The notes: generated from the sequence alone by a model not told the origin. Shown: positions 26,786-37,726, numbered from the stretch's first letter. The stretch: 64,000 bases of DNA from Candidatus Yonathbacteria bacterium RIFCSPHIGHO2_02_FULL_44_14 (GCA_001823535.1 MHUT01000011.1:9864-73863), one strand, 5' to 3'. Numbers and translations: made by a program.

Positions 26786-28054
26786 ATGGAAACCAAAAAA
26801 ACAAAAAATGAGATCAGTTGCGATGTTGTTGTTGTTGGTGGCGGACCAGCAGGAATGATGGCGGCGATACATGCGGCAAAAACAGGCGTATCTGTCATTC
26901 TCATTGAAAAAAACAAAATGCTTGGGAAAAAACTGCTTATTACGGGGGGTGGGCGATGCAACATCACCAACGCGACGTTCGACAACCGCGTGCTTGCGCA
27001 AAAATACGGAAAGAAAGGCAAGTTCCTCCTCTCCCCATTTTCAAAATGGGGCGCGAAAGAAACGATTGATTTTTTTGAATCCCATGGAATACCTACCAAG
27101 GTCGAAGCCGAAAATCGCGTATTTCCCCAAAGTAACTCCGCACAAAGCGTGCTGGATGTTCTGGTAAGCGAGCTCAAAAACTCTGGGGTGAAAGTTCTTG
27201 CCGGCTCCCCTGTCGTCAAAATAAAATTATCAAAAAATATGCTATTGGATGTAGAGACCGAGGACACAGTTATTGCCGCAAAAGCATTTGTTCTCACCAC
27301 AGGTGGCACCGCACGACCTGAAACAGGTTCGTCGGGGGACGGATTCAAGTGGCTCAAAAAATTTGGACATACTATTGGCACACCAAGTGTCGCTCTCGTA
27401 CCAATCAAAACAAAAGAGGGGTGGTCGCACAAACTCCAAGGCTTGTCGCTCCAAAATGTGAAAGTTACGCTCATTGACGCAAAGGTGCGCTCAAATGCCA
27501 TGGTTGGCAAAATCCTTTTTACTCACTTTGGGCTTTCTGGCCCACTCATTCTCAACATGAGCCAATCTATCGGCGAGGCACTCCGCGAGGGTACGGCGAC
27601 CCTTGAGCTCGACCTCTTCCCCAGCCTAGACCAAACGATGCTCGACGAAAAACTTCGCGAACATCTCACAAAAGCCCAAAATAAAAAATGGGCAAACGCC
27701 CTCGCTGGGTTTGTGTCGCCCCTTCTTGCTCCGGTGCTTGTAGAACTTTCGGGCATTAACCCAACGCTACCAGTCAACAAAGTGGAACGTACTGCCCGCC
27801 TCGCTTTTGTAAGAAAACTCAAGGCGCTTATTCTTACACCAATAGGGTTGCTCTCAAAAGAAAAGGCTATCGCCTCATCTGGTGGCGTCGCACTCGAAGA
27901 AGTTGATTTCAAAACAATGCGCTCACAAAAAATAGGAAATCTTTATCTGGCAGGCGATATTCTCGACTTCAACCGCCCGTCAGGTGGTTTTAGTCTCCAA
28001 ATATGCTGGTCGACAGGATTTGTTGCAGGCAAAAATGCGAGAGGCACAGAATAA
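26786..28054 (+). CDS. HI0933-family FAD-dependent flavoprotein (YhiN/aminoacetone-oxidase-like)
   Basis: DVVVVGGGPAGMMAAI...KLLITGGGRCNITN signature. Confidence 0.8.
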   Translation: METKKTKNEISCDVVVVGGGPAGMMAAIHAAKTGVSVILIEKNKMLGKKLLITGGGRCNITNATFDNRVLAQKYGKKGKFLLSPFSKWGAKETIDFFESHGIPTKVEAENRVFPQSNSAQSVLDVLVSELKNSGVKVLAGSPVVKIKLSKNMLLDVETEDTVIAAKAFVLTTGGTARPETGSSGDGFKWLKKFGHTIGTPSVALVPIKTKEGWSHKLQGLSLQNVKVTLIDAKVRSNAMVGKILFTHFGLSGPLILNMSQSIGEALREGTATLELDLFPSLDQTMLDEKLREHLTKAQNKKWANALAGFVSPLLAPVLVELSGINPTLPVNKVERTARLAFVRKLKALILTPIGLLSKEKAIASSGGVALEEVDFKTMRSQKIGNLYLAGDILDFNRPSGGFSLQICWSTGFVAGKNARGTE

Positions 28055-28126
28055 TAGGCAATCTGCACTGGCTATTTTCCCAGCTTGAATGTAAAATACA
28101 GGATAATACGTTCACAATCAAAAATC

Positions 28127-29368
28127 ATGGCAGAGACAACAAACAATGCGAATAATGAGTTTTCCCATCCGAACGGCAAACACAGAGCGAGAAACACTCT
28201 TATTATTGTTGGTGTTATTCTCGTCGCATTTGGTATTGGCGGGTCACTCATCGCCTCACAAGGAATCAAAAAATTCTTCTGGGAAGCCCGCACAAAGTCG
28301 GAGATTAAAACAGTTATTGAATTGTATAGGGATTTAAATGAAACTGATATTGTTCACTGGCAAGAACGCGATGCACAGAGCCGCATAGAAACTTTTGGGC
28401 TGAAGATCAAGCAGTATCTTCCAAGCGTCGCTGCATTGAAAATTTTCACGCCTGACGGAACAATCGCATGGACTGATTTGCGAAACATTGAACCGGGGTA
28501 CCACGAGCCAGGCATCGAAGCCGAGATCAATGAAGTCGCAGCCGCCGAACAAATGATAAAGGGTGCAAGTGAGGCAACAAAGAGAGAGCTCGACAAAGCA
28601 GATCTGCTTGAAGTTTGGACAGTAATAAAAAACGCACAAGGAGAACCAATCGGCTTTATTGAACTCTATTTTGATAGTACTGATATCACAACGTTTATCA
28701 AAAAAATCCAGTACTATATCTGGGGCACAATCACTTTTGTGCTCGTTATTATCATCGTTTTACTTCGTCTCACGTTCCGAAAACAAGACGATCTTATTGT
28801 TCATCAAGCTCATGAACTTTCCAATGTGATCGAAAAAACACCTATTGGAATTTACATAATCAACCAAAAAGGAACTATCACGACAATCAACAAAAAAATG
28901 CTTGAACTCCTTGATGAAAAAGACGCTCGAAAAATTATCGGGCAAGATATCTTCACGCTCTCTTCTGTTCAAAAACTGAACATCGAAGGGTTAATCCATG
29001 AAGCGCTGCTAGGCACTCCGTTCAAAAAGGAAACAACCTGCACCACCGATAACGGAAACAAGCTCTGTCAATATTACCAGGCTACCCCGCTTTTTGATAG
29101 TGAGGAAAAATCTGTTGAGCAAGTCCTTCTTACGGTCGAAGATATCACCAACCAAAAGAAACTTGAAATAGATCTTGTCTCAGAAGCCAAAGGGCTCGAA
29201 TCGCTCGTTACCGAACGCACCAAGAATCTTGAAGAAAAAATTGCAGAACTTGAACAGTTCCAGCGCGTGACAGTGGATCGGGAAATACGCATGGCAGAAC
29301 TAAAGCAACAAATCGAAAAAATGCGCATCAAGCTCGAGAAGTTAGGAGCTACCGCCGAGACAGCCTAG
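28127..29368 (+). CDS. membrane-anchored PAS-domain protein with C-terminal coiled coil, no recognisable output domain
   Basis: TM LIIVGVILVAFGIGGSLIA; second TM; PAS-like IEKTPIGIYIINQKGTITTINKKMLELL; heptad-rich C-terminus. Confidence 0.5.
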   Translation: MAETTNNANNEFSHPNGKHRARNTLIIVGVILVAFGIGGSLIASQGIKKFFWEARTKSEIKTVIELYRDLNETDIVHWQERDAQSRIETFGLKIKQYLPSVAALKIFTPDGTIAWTDLRNIEPGYHEPGIEAEINEVAAAEQMIKGASEATKRELDKADLLEVWTVIKNAQGEPIGFIELYFDSTDITTFIKKIQYYIWGTITFVLVIIIVLLRLTFRKQDDLIVHQAHELSNVIEKTPIGIYIINQKGTITTINKKMLELLDEKDARKIIGQDIFTLSSVQKLNIEGLIHEALLGTPFKKETTCTTDNGNKLCQYYQATPLFDSEEKSVEQVLLTVEDITNQKKLEIDLVSEAKGLESLVTERTKNLEEKIAELEQFQRVTVDREIRMAELKQQIEKMRIKLEKLGATAETA

Positions 29369-29432
29369 GACCGCTAAGCCTCATTTTCTTCAGATTAATG
29401 GCACAAAATCACGAACTCTGTAAACTCATTTT

Positions 29433-31313
29433 ATGAATAACGGACACATTGATTTTGAAAAAGCGCTCAGGTTTGAAATTTCCCTTGTTGTTCTTTTTAT
29501 TGCAACATTTGCACTCTACGTAGGAGGATTATTACCAGAAAAGTTTGAAGGACAAATCATTGGAATTGTTGGGTTTGTAGGAATATTTCCTGTAGCACAG
29601 AGTGCGTTTCGTTCTTTGCGTGAACAAAAAATAAATGTTGACCTTCTCGCGACAATCGCGCTTTTTTTCTCATTCATAAGCGCCGAGTGGGGCTCGATGC
29701 TTTTCATAAACCTCATGCTCGCTGGGGCACGAGTTCTTGACTTGTATACAAAAAGACGTGTTCGAATCTCGCTCGAGAGTCTCACAAAGTTAAAGCCCTC
29801 GAAGGCACGTATTCTTCGAGGAGCAGAGTCCTTAGAGGTTCCTCTTGCAGATGTACGAATCGGCGACCTCGTGGTTGTAAATCTCGGCGAGCAAATACCT
29901 GTTGATGGGTCAGTCTTCGAGGGTTCTGCGACAGTAAGCCAAGCATCCTTGACTGGTGAATCTGTGCCTGTGCTTCGGGAGCCAGGTTCGTCTGTGCTTT
30001 CTGCAACCGTTGTTGTTTCCGGAAATATTATCATTCGCACGGAACGCATCGGTGCTGAAACCACCTTCGAGCGAATGATAAACCTCATTGAGGCCTCTCA
30101 TGACGCAAAAACAAGAATGAGAACGTTCGCTGAGCGTTTTTCAAGCTGGTACATCGGCATTATGCTTGTAGTTGCAGTAATTCTTTATTTAATAACAAAA
30201 AATACGCAACTCGTGCTGGCAGTTGTGCTTGTAGTGTGTGCGGATGACATTGCTATTGCTGTTCCCCTCGCATATATAATCGCGATAGGCACAGCAGCAC
30301 GCCGTGGAATTATTGTAAAAAGCACCGATTTTCTGGAACTTGTGACAAAAATCACTACCCTTGTTGTAGACAAAACGGGAACACTAACGCTCGGCAAACT
30401 AGCAGTTGAAGATGTTCGGGCGTTTGGTGACACAACCACGGAGCAATTACTTGAGCTCTCTGGGATTATTTGTGCGCGTTCAAACCACCCAGTCTCAAAA
30501 GCAATAATGGAATATGCTAAGGAAAAGGGTTGCTCCTGCACACCGCTAGATCATTTTAAAGAAATCGAAGGTCGTGGCATCGTCGGGACTGATTTCAATG
30601 GCAAGGAAATAATAATTGGCAGACTTGAGTTTTTAAATGAACGAGAAATTAAACTTGAGCACGAAGCAAAAGTAGCAACAGATGGCTGGGTATCCAAGGG
30701 CTACAACATAACACTTATTGCTTTGAGTGGTAATGTGATTGGAATGTTCGCTCTCGCTGACAAGATGCGCGAAGGAGTAATTGACGCAATGAGTGTCCTC
30801 AAAAAAACCGGCGTTAAAGAAATTATAATGCTCACAGGTGACAATGAAGGAGTGGCAAAAAAAATTGCAGACCACCTTGGTATCGACAAATACTATTCAA
30901 AACTTCTTCCAGAACACAAAGTTTTCATTCTTAAAGATTATCTTGGAAAACAAGGAGGGGTGGTGGCAATGATAGGAGATGGGGTAAACGACGCCGCTGT
31001 GATAACCCGTGCCGATATTGGCATAGCAATGGGTGGCATCGGATCCGATGTCGCAATAGAATCAGCCGACATTGTTCTTATGCAAGATAATTTTGGAAAA
31101 ATCCTCGAACTGCGCAGTATCGCCAGAAAAGTTTCTGCTGTAGTACGTGAAAACTTTATTATATGGGGTGTGGTAAACGGAGTAGGACTTTATTTGGTAT
31201 TCGCCCATATCATAGGTCCGTCAGGCGCCGCCGCATACAATTTCCTCACCGACTTCCTCCCTATCGCAAACTCTCTTCGTCTTTTCCGTTATCGCCAAAA
31301 CAATATATACTAA
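29433..31313 (+). CDS. P1B-like heavy-metal P-type ATPase lacking N-terminal metal-binding domain, atypical TM6 motif C-A-D-D in place of CPC
   Basis: TGES (LTGESVPV), DKTGTLT, MLTGDN, GDGVNDAAV; P1B-like 2+6 TM topology; VVCADDIAIAVPLAYI where CPC/SPC/CPH is expected. Confidence 0.7.
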   Translation: MNNGHIDFEKALRFEISLVVLFIATFALYVGGLLPEKFEGQIIGIVGFVGIFPVAQSAFRSLREQKINVDLLATIALFFSFISAEWGSMLFINLMLAGARVLDLYTKRRVRISLESLTKLKPSKARILRGAESLEVPLADVRIGDLVVVNLGEQIPVDGSVFEGSATVSQASLTGESVPVLREPGSSVLSATVVVSGNIIIRTERIGAETTFERMINLIEASHDAKTRMRTFAERFSSWYIGIMLVVAVILYLITKNTQLVLAVVLVVCADDIAIAVPLAYIIAIGTAARRGIIVKSTDFLELVTKITTLVVDKTGTLTLGKLAVEDVRAFGDTTTEQLLELSGIICARSNHPVSKAIMEYAKEKGCSCTPLDHFKEIEGRGIVGTDFNGKEIIIGRLEFLNEREIKLEHEAKVATDGWVSKGYNITLIALSGNVIGMFALADKMREGVIDAMSVLKKTGVKEIIMLTGDNEGVAKKIADHLGIDKYYSKLLPEHKVFILKDYLGKQGGVVAMIGDGVNDAAVITRADIGIAMGGIGSDVAIESADIVLMQDNFGKILELRSIARKVSAVVRENFIIWGVVNGVGLYLVFAHIIGPSGAAAYNFLTDFLPIANSLRLFRYRQNNIY

Positions 31314-31318
31314 ATGAT

Positions 31319-33832
31319 ATGAATTTTTCCCCGTATGCTCAAAGTAATACCGAAAAAATAACAAAACTTTTTTCTGTCAATCCAGCACAGGGACTTTTGT
31401 CTGCGGAAATTGAAGGTCGGCGGAAAGAATCAGGAATGAACATACTTGAGGAAAGTAAAATTAGCCCGCTAAAAATTTTCCTTCGTCAATTTAAGTCATC
31501 CTTTATTTATTTGCTTCTTTTTGCGACAGTACTCTCATTTTCTCTTGGACAAACCACTGAAGGTGTGATGATTCTTATATTTCTCTTTATTAATGCATCC
31601 CTTGGATTTTACCAAGAGTATCGTTCTGAACAAACAGTTCTGCTTCTCAAGCGCTATGTTACCACTCGCGTCAAAGTAAGACGAGACGGGAGAGTTTCGA
31701 CTATAAACGCGAGAGAGCTCGTTTTGGGGGATATCGTAATTCTTGAGGCTGGCGACGGAGTACCGGCCGACATTCGCATTATTGAAGAAACAAACCTTGT
31801 GGTAAATGAGGAACCATTGACTGGTGAGTCCGTCTCAGTAGACAAAGAGAGCGCACCTCAAGCACACTCTGAAACGGAGCTCTATGAAGCTAAAAATATT
31901 TGCTTCTCTGGTACTACCGTTGTTTCTGGGCGCGCAGTGGGTATCGTATTCGCAACAGGCAATCGTACTATGATTGGTGGTATTGCAGAGCTCGCAGGTG
32001 GAGCGACACGCGTGAGTAGCTTTGAACAAGAACTCGGTAAATTCAGTCGCTTCATTTTATACCTTGTTATCGGCACACTCACATTTATCTTTGCGGTGAA
32101 TATTCTCCTTAAAGGTTTCTCTGCAAATATCGTCGAGCTCGCTATTTTTTCTATTGCGCTTGCGGTATCAGTCGTTCCCGAGGCGCTTCCGCTTGTTATG
32201 ACATTCTCACTCTCGCGAGGAGCACGACGTCTTGCAAAAGAGCATGTTGTTGTGAAGCGCCTATCCTCCATTGAGGACCTCGGCAGCATACAGATGCTCT
32301 GCACAGACAAAACGGGCACACTCACAGAAAACAAATTAACAGTCCACCAAACGTGCGGAAATGATGATAGGAGAACCATCATTGCGGGAGTTCTTGGAGG
32401 AAGCTATCTCGGCACAAAAGAGCGTGGTGGCACCCCCGACCCGTTTGATACAGCACTTTGGGAGGCACTTTCGCCTGAAGAACAATCTGTAGTCGATTCT
32501 CATATTCATCTGAATGATACGCCGTTTGACCCCATCCATAAAAAAAGCAGTGCTACTGTTAAGCACGGAGATGAAACAACGCTAATTGTTCGCGGAGCGC
32601 CCGAATCAATAATTAGCAGCTCAAAATTATCCGGCGAAGAGAGTTCAACTATTCTCAAGTGGGTTGCAGAAGAAGGTTTTGCGGGACGCCGCACTCTTGC
32701 AATCGCATCAAAAAAAATTATTAATACTGCTGACAATGACGATACAAATCTTACTTTTATTGGCTGTGTTTCCTTTATAGATCCAATCAAGGAAAGTGCG
32801 AAACAAGCGATTAAAGACGCACAGGCACTCGGGGTGAAAATCAAAATTTTGACCGGAGATAGTCGCGAGGTTGCAGGCGTGGTTGCACACGAAGTCGGAC
32901 TCGCTAAAACTCCAGATGATGTCCTCACTGCCCGTGAATTTTTTGCTCTTCCGGATGGTGTGCGTGAATCTGCACTCGAACAAACAAACGTATTTGCTCG
33001 CGTATCGCCAGAAGAAAAATATCGCCTGATTGAACTTCTTCAAAAAAATTACCAAGTTGGTTTCCTTGGTGAGGGCATAAATGACGCTCCTGCGCTTAAA
33101 ATTGCCAATGTTGCCATTGTTGTTGCGAGCGCATCTGACATCGCGCGCGAAGTCTCAGATATTATTCTTCTTGATAAAAGCCTCGCAGTGGTCATCGGGG
33201 GTATACGCGAAGGACGCGCAATTTTTGCAAATACAATCAAGTACATTAGGAGTTCTCTTTCGTCCAACTTCGGCAATTTTTATGCAGTTGCAATCTCTTC
33301 CCTATTTATCCCATTTCTGCCGATGCTTGCACTACAAATACTCCTTGTAAACCTCCTTTCCGACTTCCCCGCTATTGCTATCGCAACCGACACCGTGGAT
33401 GATGCCGAACTTCGCGAGCCACGACAGTATAATGTTCGAAAATTAGTTGCAATGGGTACCGTTCTCGGTATCGTTTCAACTGTTTTTGATTTTATAATTT
33501 TTGCTTCGTTCTATAAGATAGGCCCCGAAGCGCTCCAGACCCACTGGTTCATTGAAAGTATTTTGACTGAACTCCTCTTCCTCTTCTCAATCCGCTCACG
33601 TTCATTCTTCTGGAAAACGAAAGCGCCTTCTGTTATTTTGGTTCTACTTTCAGCACTCGCGGCATCTGCAACATTAATCATTCCATTCACGAGCATTGGG
33701 CAGTCACTATTCCACTTTATCGCACCCACAGCGGCTTCACTGGGCTTTGTACTCGGTATTGTTGCTCTCTATTTTATCACTACTGAATTCGCTAAAATAG
33801 CCTACTATAAACTTTCCGCTCCTGCGAAATAA
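31319..33832 (+). CDS. P-type ATPase, type II/III (Mg2+/Ca2+-type, MgtA-like)
   Basis: Cation-ATPase N-terminal domain, CTDKTGTLTENK, PEALPLV, TGDSREVA, GEGINDAPAL; start trimmed to MNFSPYAQS. Confidence 0.8.
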   Translation: MNFSPYAQSNTEKITKLFSVNPAQGLLSAEIEGRRKESGMNILEESKISPLKIFLRQFKSSFIYLLLFATVLSFSLGQTTEGVMILIFLFINASLGFYQEYRSEQTVLLLKRYVTTRVKVRRDGRVSTINARELVLGDIVILEAGDGVPADIRIIEETNLVVNEEPLTGESVSVDKESAPQAHSETELYEAKNICFSGTTVVSGRAVGIVFATGNRTMIGGIAELAGGATRVSSFEQELGKFSRFILYLVIGTLTFIFAVNILLKGFSANIVELAIFSIALAVSVVPEALPLVMTFSLSRGARRLAKEHVVVKRLSSIEDLGSIQMLCTDKTGTLTENKLTVHQTCGNDDRRTIIAGVLGGSYLGTKERGGTPDPFDTALWEALSPEEQSVVDSHIHLNDTPFDPIHKKSSATVKHGDETTLIVRGAPESIISSSKLSGEESSTILKWVAEEGFAGRRTLAIASKKIINTADNDDTNLTFIGCVSFIDPIKESAKQAIKDAQALGVKIKILTGDSREVAGVVAHEVGLAKTPDDVLTAREFFALPDGVRESALEQTNVFARVSPEEKYRLIELLQKNYQVGFLGEGINDAPALKIANVAIVVASASDIAREVSDIILLDKSLAVVIGGIREGRAIFANTIKYIRSSLSSNFGNFYAVAISSLFIPFLPMLALQILLVNLLSDFPAIAIATDTVDDAELREPRQYNVRKLVAMGTVLGIVSTVFDFIIFASFYKIGPEALQTHWFIESILTELLFLFSIRSRSFFWKTKAPSVILVLLSALAASATLIIPFTSIGQSLFHFIAPTAASLGFVLGIVALYFITTEFAKIAYYKLSAPAK

Positions 33833-33847
33833 TGGTATACTTAACAC

Positions 33848-35356
33848 ATGCAACTCTCTAAAAAACAAATCATCTGGGGTAGTATTATTATTGCAATTAT
33901 TATTGCTGGCTATTTTATTGTCAGCAACAAAGAAGGTGCTGTTGTACCAAATACTACAACCATCAAACGCGGCGATGTCATCCAGGAGGTGAGTGTCACG
34001 GGTCGCGTTAAACCCACATCCACCGTTGACCTTGGTTTTGAAAAAAGCGGGCGTGTCGCCGGTGTCTATGTGCGCGTCGGAGAGCATATCAATGCAGGCA
34101 AAACTCTTGCCGAAGTTGAATCCTCGAGCGCCGAGGGAAGTCTTATGGAGGCCGAAGCGCGTCTCTCGGAGCTCAAACGCGGGTCGCGACCAGAAGAGCT
34201 TACTGTCAAAAAAGCCGAGCTCGCAAAATACACTCAAGACCTCGACAACGCATATAGCGGCATCACAGATATTTTTAACGATGCTTTTGCTAAAGCTGAT
34301 GATGCGCTTCACACAAAGACAACTGGGATCTTTTCAGGTTTTAAAACTTCATCGTACAAATACACTTTTTCTATCTGCGACAGCAAGCAAGCCTTAAACA
34401 GCGAGTGGCTCCGCTATACGACCGAGATTGATTTCGATACATGGCGTACGGAAAACACAACACTCTCTATTACTTCTCCTAAAACAGAGCTCAGTGCCGC
34501 CCTTGGTCGCACAGGCAAACACCTTGAGGGAGTGCTCGCATTCCTTGAATCGGTCGGTCGCACACTTTCTCTCGACTGCACCATCACAAACAGCAGTCTT
34601 GATACATATCGCACAAACATCAACACCGCTCGCACAAACATCACTGCTGCCCTATCGAGCGTAAACACCAAACAACAATCAATCGCAGCTCTTGCGCTCA
34701 CTGTCGCAAAAGTTGAGGACGAACTCTCCCTCCTTGAAGCAGGTACTGCGAATGAGGTTGTCACTGCACAGGAAGCGCGAGTTCTTTCTGCACGCGGTGA
34801 ACTTGCAAAATACCGCATTTTTGCGCCAATCTCCGGAGTAATTACCAAAGCTGATATAGAAAACGGTGAAGGTGCTACTGTTGGAAGGACGGTATTTTCA
34901 ATCATTTCTGATACCTCATTCGAAATCGAAGCGTACATTCCAGAGGCGGATATAGCAAAAATAAAAATCAATGACTCTGCGCGAGTTACACTTGATGCTT
35001 ACGGATCGGATGTACTATTTGAAGCGCGCGTAACAATGATTGACCCCGCAGAGACAATTATAGACAATGTTCCCACATATAAAACGACGCTTCATTTCGC
35101 CAAAAATGATCCTCGCATTAAATCCGGGATGACTGCGAATATCGACATCAGCACTTCTTCGCGCACAAATGCTCTTTTTATCCCTGAGCGCTCGATTATC
35201 ACACGAAATGGTGAGAAATTTATCCGCACCGTGACTCCCGACAGCACAACAACCGATGTCCGCGTAACAGTAGGCCTCAAAGGCTCCGATGGGTCAATCG
35301 AAATCCTCTCTGGCGCAACAGAAGGATCCACCATCATCATGGCGCCAAAGGACTAG
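33848..35356 (+). CDS. periplasmic adaptor / membrane fusion protein (HlyD/MacA family)
   Basis: N-terminal TM, biotin-lipoyl-like and coiled-coil regions; precedes MacB-type ABC pair. Confidence 0.7.
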   Translation: MQLSKKQIIWGSIIIAIIIAGYFIVSNKEGAVVPNTTTIKRGDVIQEVSVTGRVKPTSTVDLGFEKSGRVAGVYVRVGEHINAGKTLAEVESSSAEGSLMEAEARLSELKRGSRPEELTVKKAELAKYTQDLDNAYSGITDIFNDAFAKADDALHTKTTGIFSGFKTSSYKYTFSICDSKQALNSEWLRYTTEIDFDTWRTENTTLSITSPKTELSAALGRTGKHLEGVLAFLESVGRTLSLDCTITNSSLDTYRTNINTARTNITAALSSVNTKQQSIAALALTVAKVEDELSLLEAGTANEVVTAQEARVLSARGELAKYRIFAPISGVITKADIENGEGATVGRTVFSIISDTSFEIEAYIPEADIAKIKINDSARVTLDAYGSDVLFEARVTMIDPAETIIDNVPTYKTTLHFAKNDPRIKSGMTANIDISTSSRTNALFIPERSIITRNGEKFIRTVTPDSTTTDVRVTVGLKGSDGSIEILSGATEGSTIIMAPKD

Positions 35357-35410
35357 GGAATGTTGGTCTCGCGCCCGTTATAAATTCAATATTCCAAATT
35401 CTACCCATTT

Positions 35411-36133
35411 ATGCCACTCATTGAAGTCAGGAACCTTACAAAGGTATACGTGAATGACGAAATAGAAACGCCTGTTCTTCATGGTGTTTCATTTGGGATT
35501 GAGCGAGGCGAGTTCGTTGCTATTATGGGTCCATCTGGCTCTGGCAAGTCCACCTTACTCCACGTTCTTGGCTTTCTTGACGGATACACTAACGGCTCGT
35601 ATCGCTTTGAAGACAAAGAAGCAAGTACATACGAGGGTGATGCAATGTCGCATATTCGTAACAAAAAACTTGGTTTTATCTTTCAGTCATTCAACCTTCT
35701 CGCACACGCAAGCGTTTTTGAAAACGTTAAACTCCCACTTTTTTATTCAGACATTCCAGAATCAGAATGGACCAAACTAGTAACCGATGCGATAGAAACT
35801 GTTGGGCTCACGCATCGTACAGATTTTGACGTCACCCGCCTTTCTGGTGGTGAAAAACAGCGTGTTGCTATAGCTCGAGCACTAGTGTGTAGCCCTGAAG
35901 TTATTTTTGCAGATGAACCAACAGGCAATCTGGACTCAAAGTCTGGTGGTGGAGTGATGCAGACTCTCCAGGACCTCAACGAGAAACACGGGCACACAAT
36001 AATACTTATCACTCACGAAACCTACACTGCCGAACACGCGCGACGTATCATCCGCATCAAAGATGGTCTGATCGAAAGCGATACAGAGGTTGTAGCCCGC
36101 CGACACACAACTGCTGGAATGCTCATGAAATAA
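35411..36133 (+). CDS. ABC transporter ATP-binding protein (MacB/LolD family)
   Basis: [12 protein letters not shown] Walker [16 protein letters not shown] signature, Walker B. Confidence 0.9.
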   Translation: MPLIEVRNLTKVYVNDEIETPVLHGVSFGIERGEFVAIMGPSGSGKSTLLHVLGFLDGYTNGSYRFEDKEASTYEGDAMSHIRNKKLGFIFQSFNLLAHASVFENVKLPLFYSDIPESEWTKLVTDAIETVGLTHRTDFDVTRLSGGEKQRVAIARALVCSPEVIFADEPTGNLDSKSGGGVMQTLQDLNEKHGHTIILITHETYTAEHARRIIRIKDGLIESDTEVVARRHTTAGMLMK

Positions 36134-36137
36134 CACA

Positions 36138-37373
36138 ATGAAACTTAAACACAGTCTAAAAACTGCATATACAGGACTTGAGCAAAATCGCGCGCGGTCT
36201 TTCCTCACCATACTCGGTATTGTCATTGGTGTTGCCGCAATCATTCTAGTAATGTCACTTGGTCAAGGCGCTCAAGCGCTTATTCTAGACCAGGTAAAAG
36301 GTATGGGCACTCGTACGATTATTGTTGGTGGTGGTCGAGAACCAAAAGGTCCATCCGATGCGGGGCAGATTTTTAATGATTCACTCAAAAAGCGTGACTT
36401 AGATTTTCTTGAACGTCGAGAAAATACCCCAAGCGTAAAATTTGTTATGCCTCTTATTTTTGGAGCAGCAGGTGCCTCCTATCAAAGCGATACTTACAAT
36501 CTCACTATTTTTGGTGCATCCCCTCTTATGGAAAAAATCTTTGACATGCCTTTCAAAACTGGTGGGATGTTTACAGAAGAGGACATCCGCGCGCGAGCTA
36601 AATATGTAATAATTGGCAACAAAGTAAAAACTCAACTTTTTGGCGCTGATGACGCGATTGGACAAGTAATAAAAATGAAGGGTTACAACTTCCGTGTTAT
36701 TGGAGTTCTTACGGAACAAGGACAGAGCGCATTTAACTTTGATGAAGCTGCCATCATTCCCTACACCACTGCCCAGGACTACGTTCTTGGTATTAAATAT
36801 TTTAACAGGTTTGTCATTGAAGCACAGAGTGATGAGCTGGTTAATAGCGCGTCAGATGAGGTTGCGCTTACTCTACGCGAGTCGCACAATATCACTGATC
36901 CGGCTAAAGATGATTTCTTTGTAATAACACAGGTCAGCCTCGCAAATAGCCTTTCTTCTATCACATCGGTCCTTACGATATTTCTTGCCGCCGTTGCCGC
37001 GATATCGCTCATTGTTGGCGGTATCGGTATCATGAATATAATGCTCGTTTCGGTCACCGAGCGCACCAAGGAGATTGGTCTCCGTAAAGCGCTCGGAGCC
37101 ACCTACAAGGACATTCTCACCCAATTCCTCCTTGAAGCCGTCATGCTCACCGGCATGGGCGGTCTCGTCGGAATTCTCTTGGGCGCTTTTCTCTCGTGGG
37201 CGATATCTGCAGGAATCACACAATTTACAAGTATCGCGTGGACATTTAGCTTTCCTGTTTCCGCGGCACTTCTCGGTCTCGGCGTCTCAGGCGCAATAGG
37301 ACTTATTTTTGGGCTCTATCCAGCTCGCACCGCCGCTCGCAAGAGCCCCATCGACGCCCTCCGTTATGAGTAA
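36138..37373 (+). CDS. ABC transporter permease (FtsX/MacB family)
   Basis: N-terminal TM, large periplasmic domain, C-terminal 3-TM FtsX-like region. Confidence 0.8.
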   Translation: MKLKHSLKTAYTGLEQNRARSFLTILGIVIGVAAIILVMSLGQGAQALILDQVKGMGTRTIIVGGGREPKGPSDAGQIFNDSLKKRDLDFLERRENTPSVKFVMPLIFGAAGASYQSDTYNLTIFGASPLMEKIFDMPFKTGGMFTEEDIRARAKYVIIGNKVKTQLFGADDAIGQVIKMKGYNFRVIGVLTEQGQSAFNFDEAAIIPYTTAQDYVLGIKYFNRFVIEAQSDELVNSASDEVALTLRESHNITDPAKDDFFVITQVSLANSLSSITSVLTIFLAAVAAISLIVGGIGIMNIMLVSVTERTKEIGLRKALGATYKDILTQFLLEAVMLTGMGGLVGILLGAFLSWAISAGITQFTSIAWTFSFPVSAALLGLGVSGAIGLIFGLYPARTAARKSPIDALRYE

Positions 37374-37726
37374 TTTTGGAATATAGGACCCATACCGCAG
37401 AAACCGGAAGGTAATACTTTGAATTCGCTCTGCTCATGCAGAAGCGTTGCTGAATCTGGTGATTCAGCATTTGGTGATTTGTCTATATCGCTAATAAATT
37501 TTTTGCGATGAATATAGACCCCTGCGGCAGAGACCGCAGGGTAATACTTGGAACTCGCTTCGCTCATGCAGAAGCGTGGCAGAGACCACGCGGTATTGAC
37601 CTATATTAGCTCCTCGGCTCAGGAACGAAAAAGATTACTTTTCTTTTTGTCTTCGTCCAAGACGCGAACTTGCTAGTTCGTCTACGTCGCTAATAATCCT
37701 TCGTTTATGAGCGATATTTAACTGTA

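Noticed and set aside
26737-27510. N-terminal 258 aa of the 395-aa minus-strand ORF 26323-27510
   Set aside because: Entirely antisense to the well-supported HI0933-family flavoprotein gene (26786-28054) and without family signal. Only the C-terminal 137 aa (SET domain, from MPIPKIG) is credible.
29516-30088. 190-aa minus-strand ORF
   Set aside because: Shadow ORF inside the P1B-type ATPase gene.
31882-32382. 166-aa minus-strand ORF
   Set aside because: Shadow ORF inside the MgtA-like ATPase gene.
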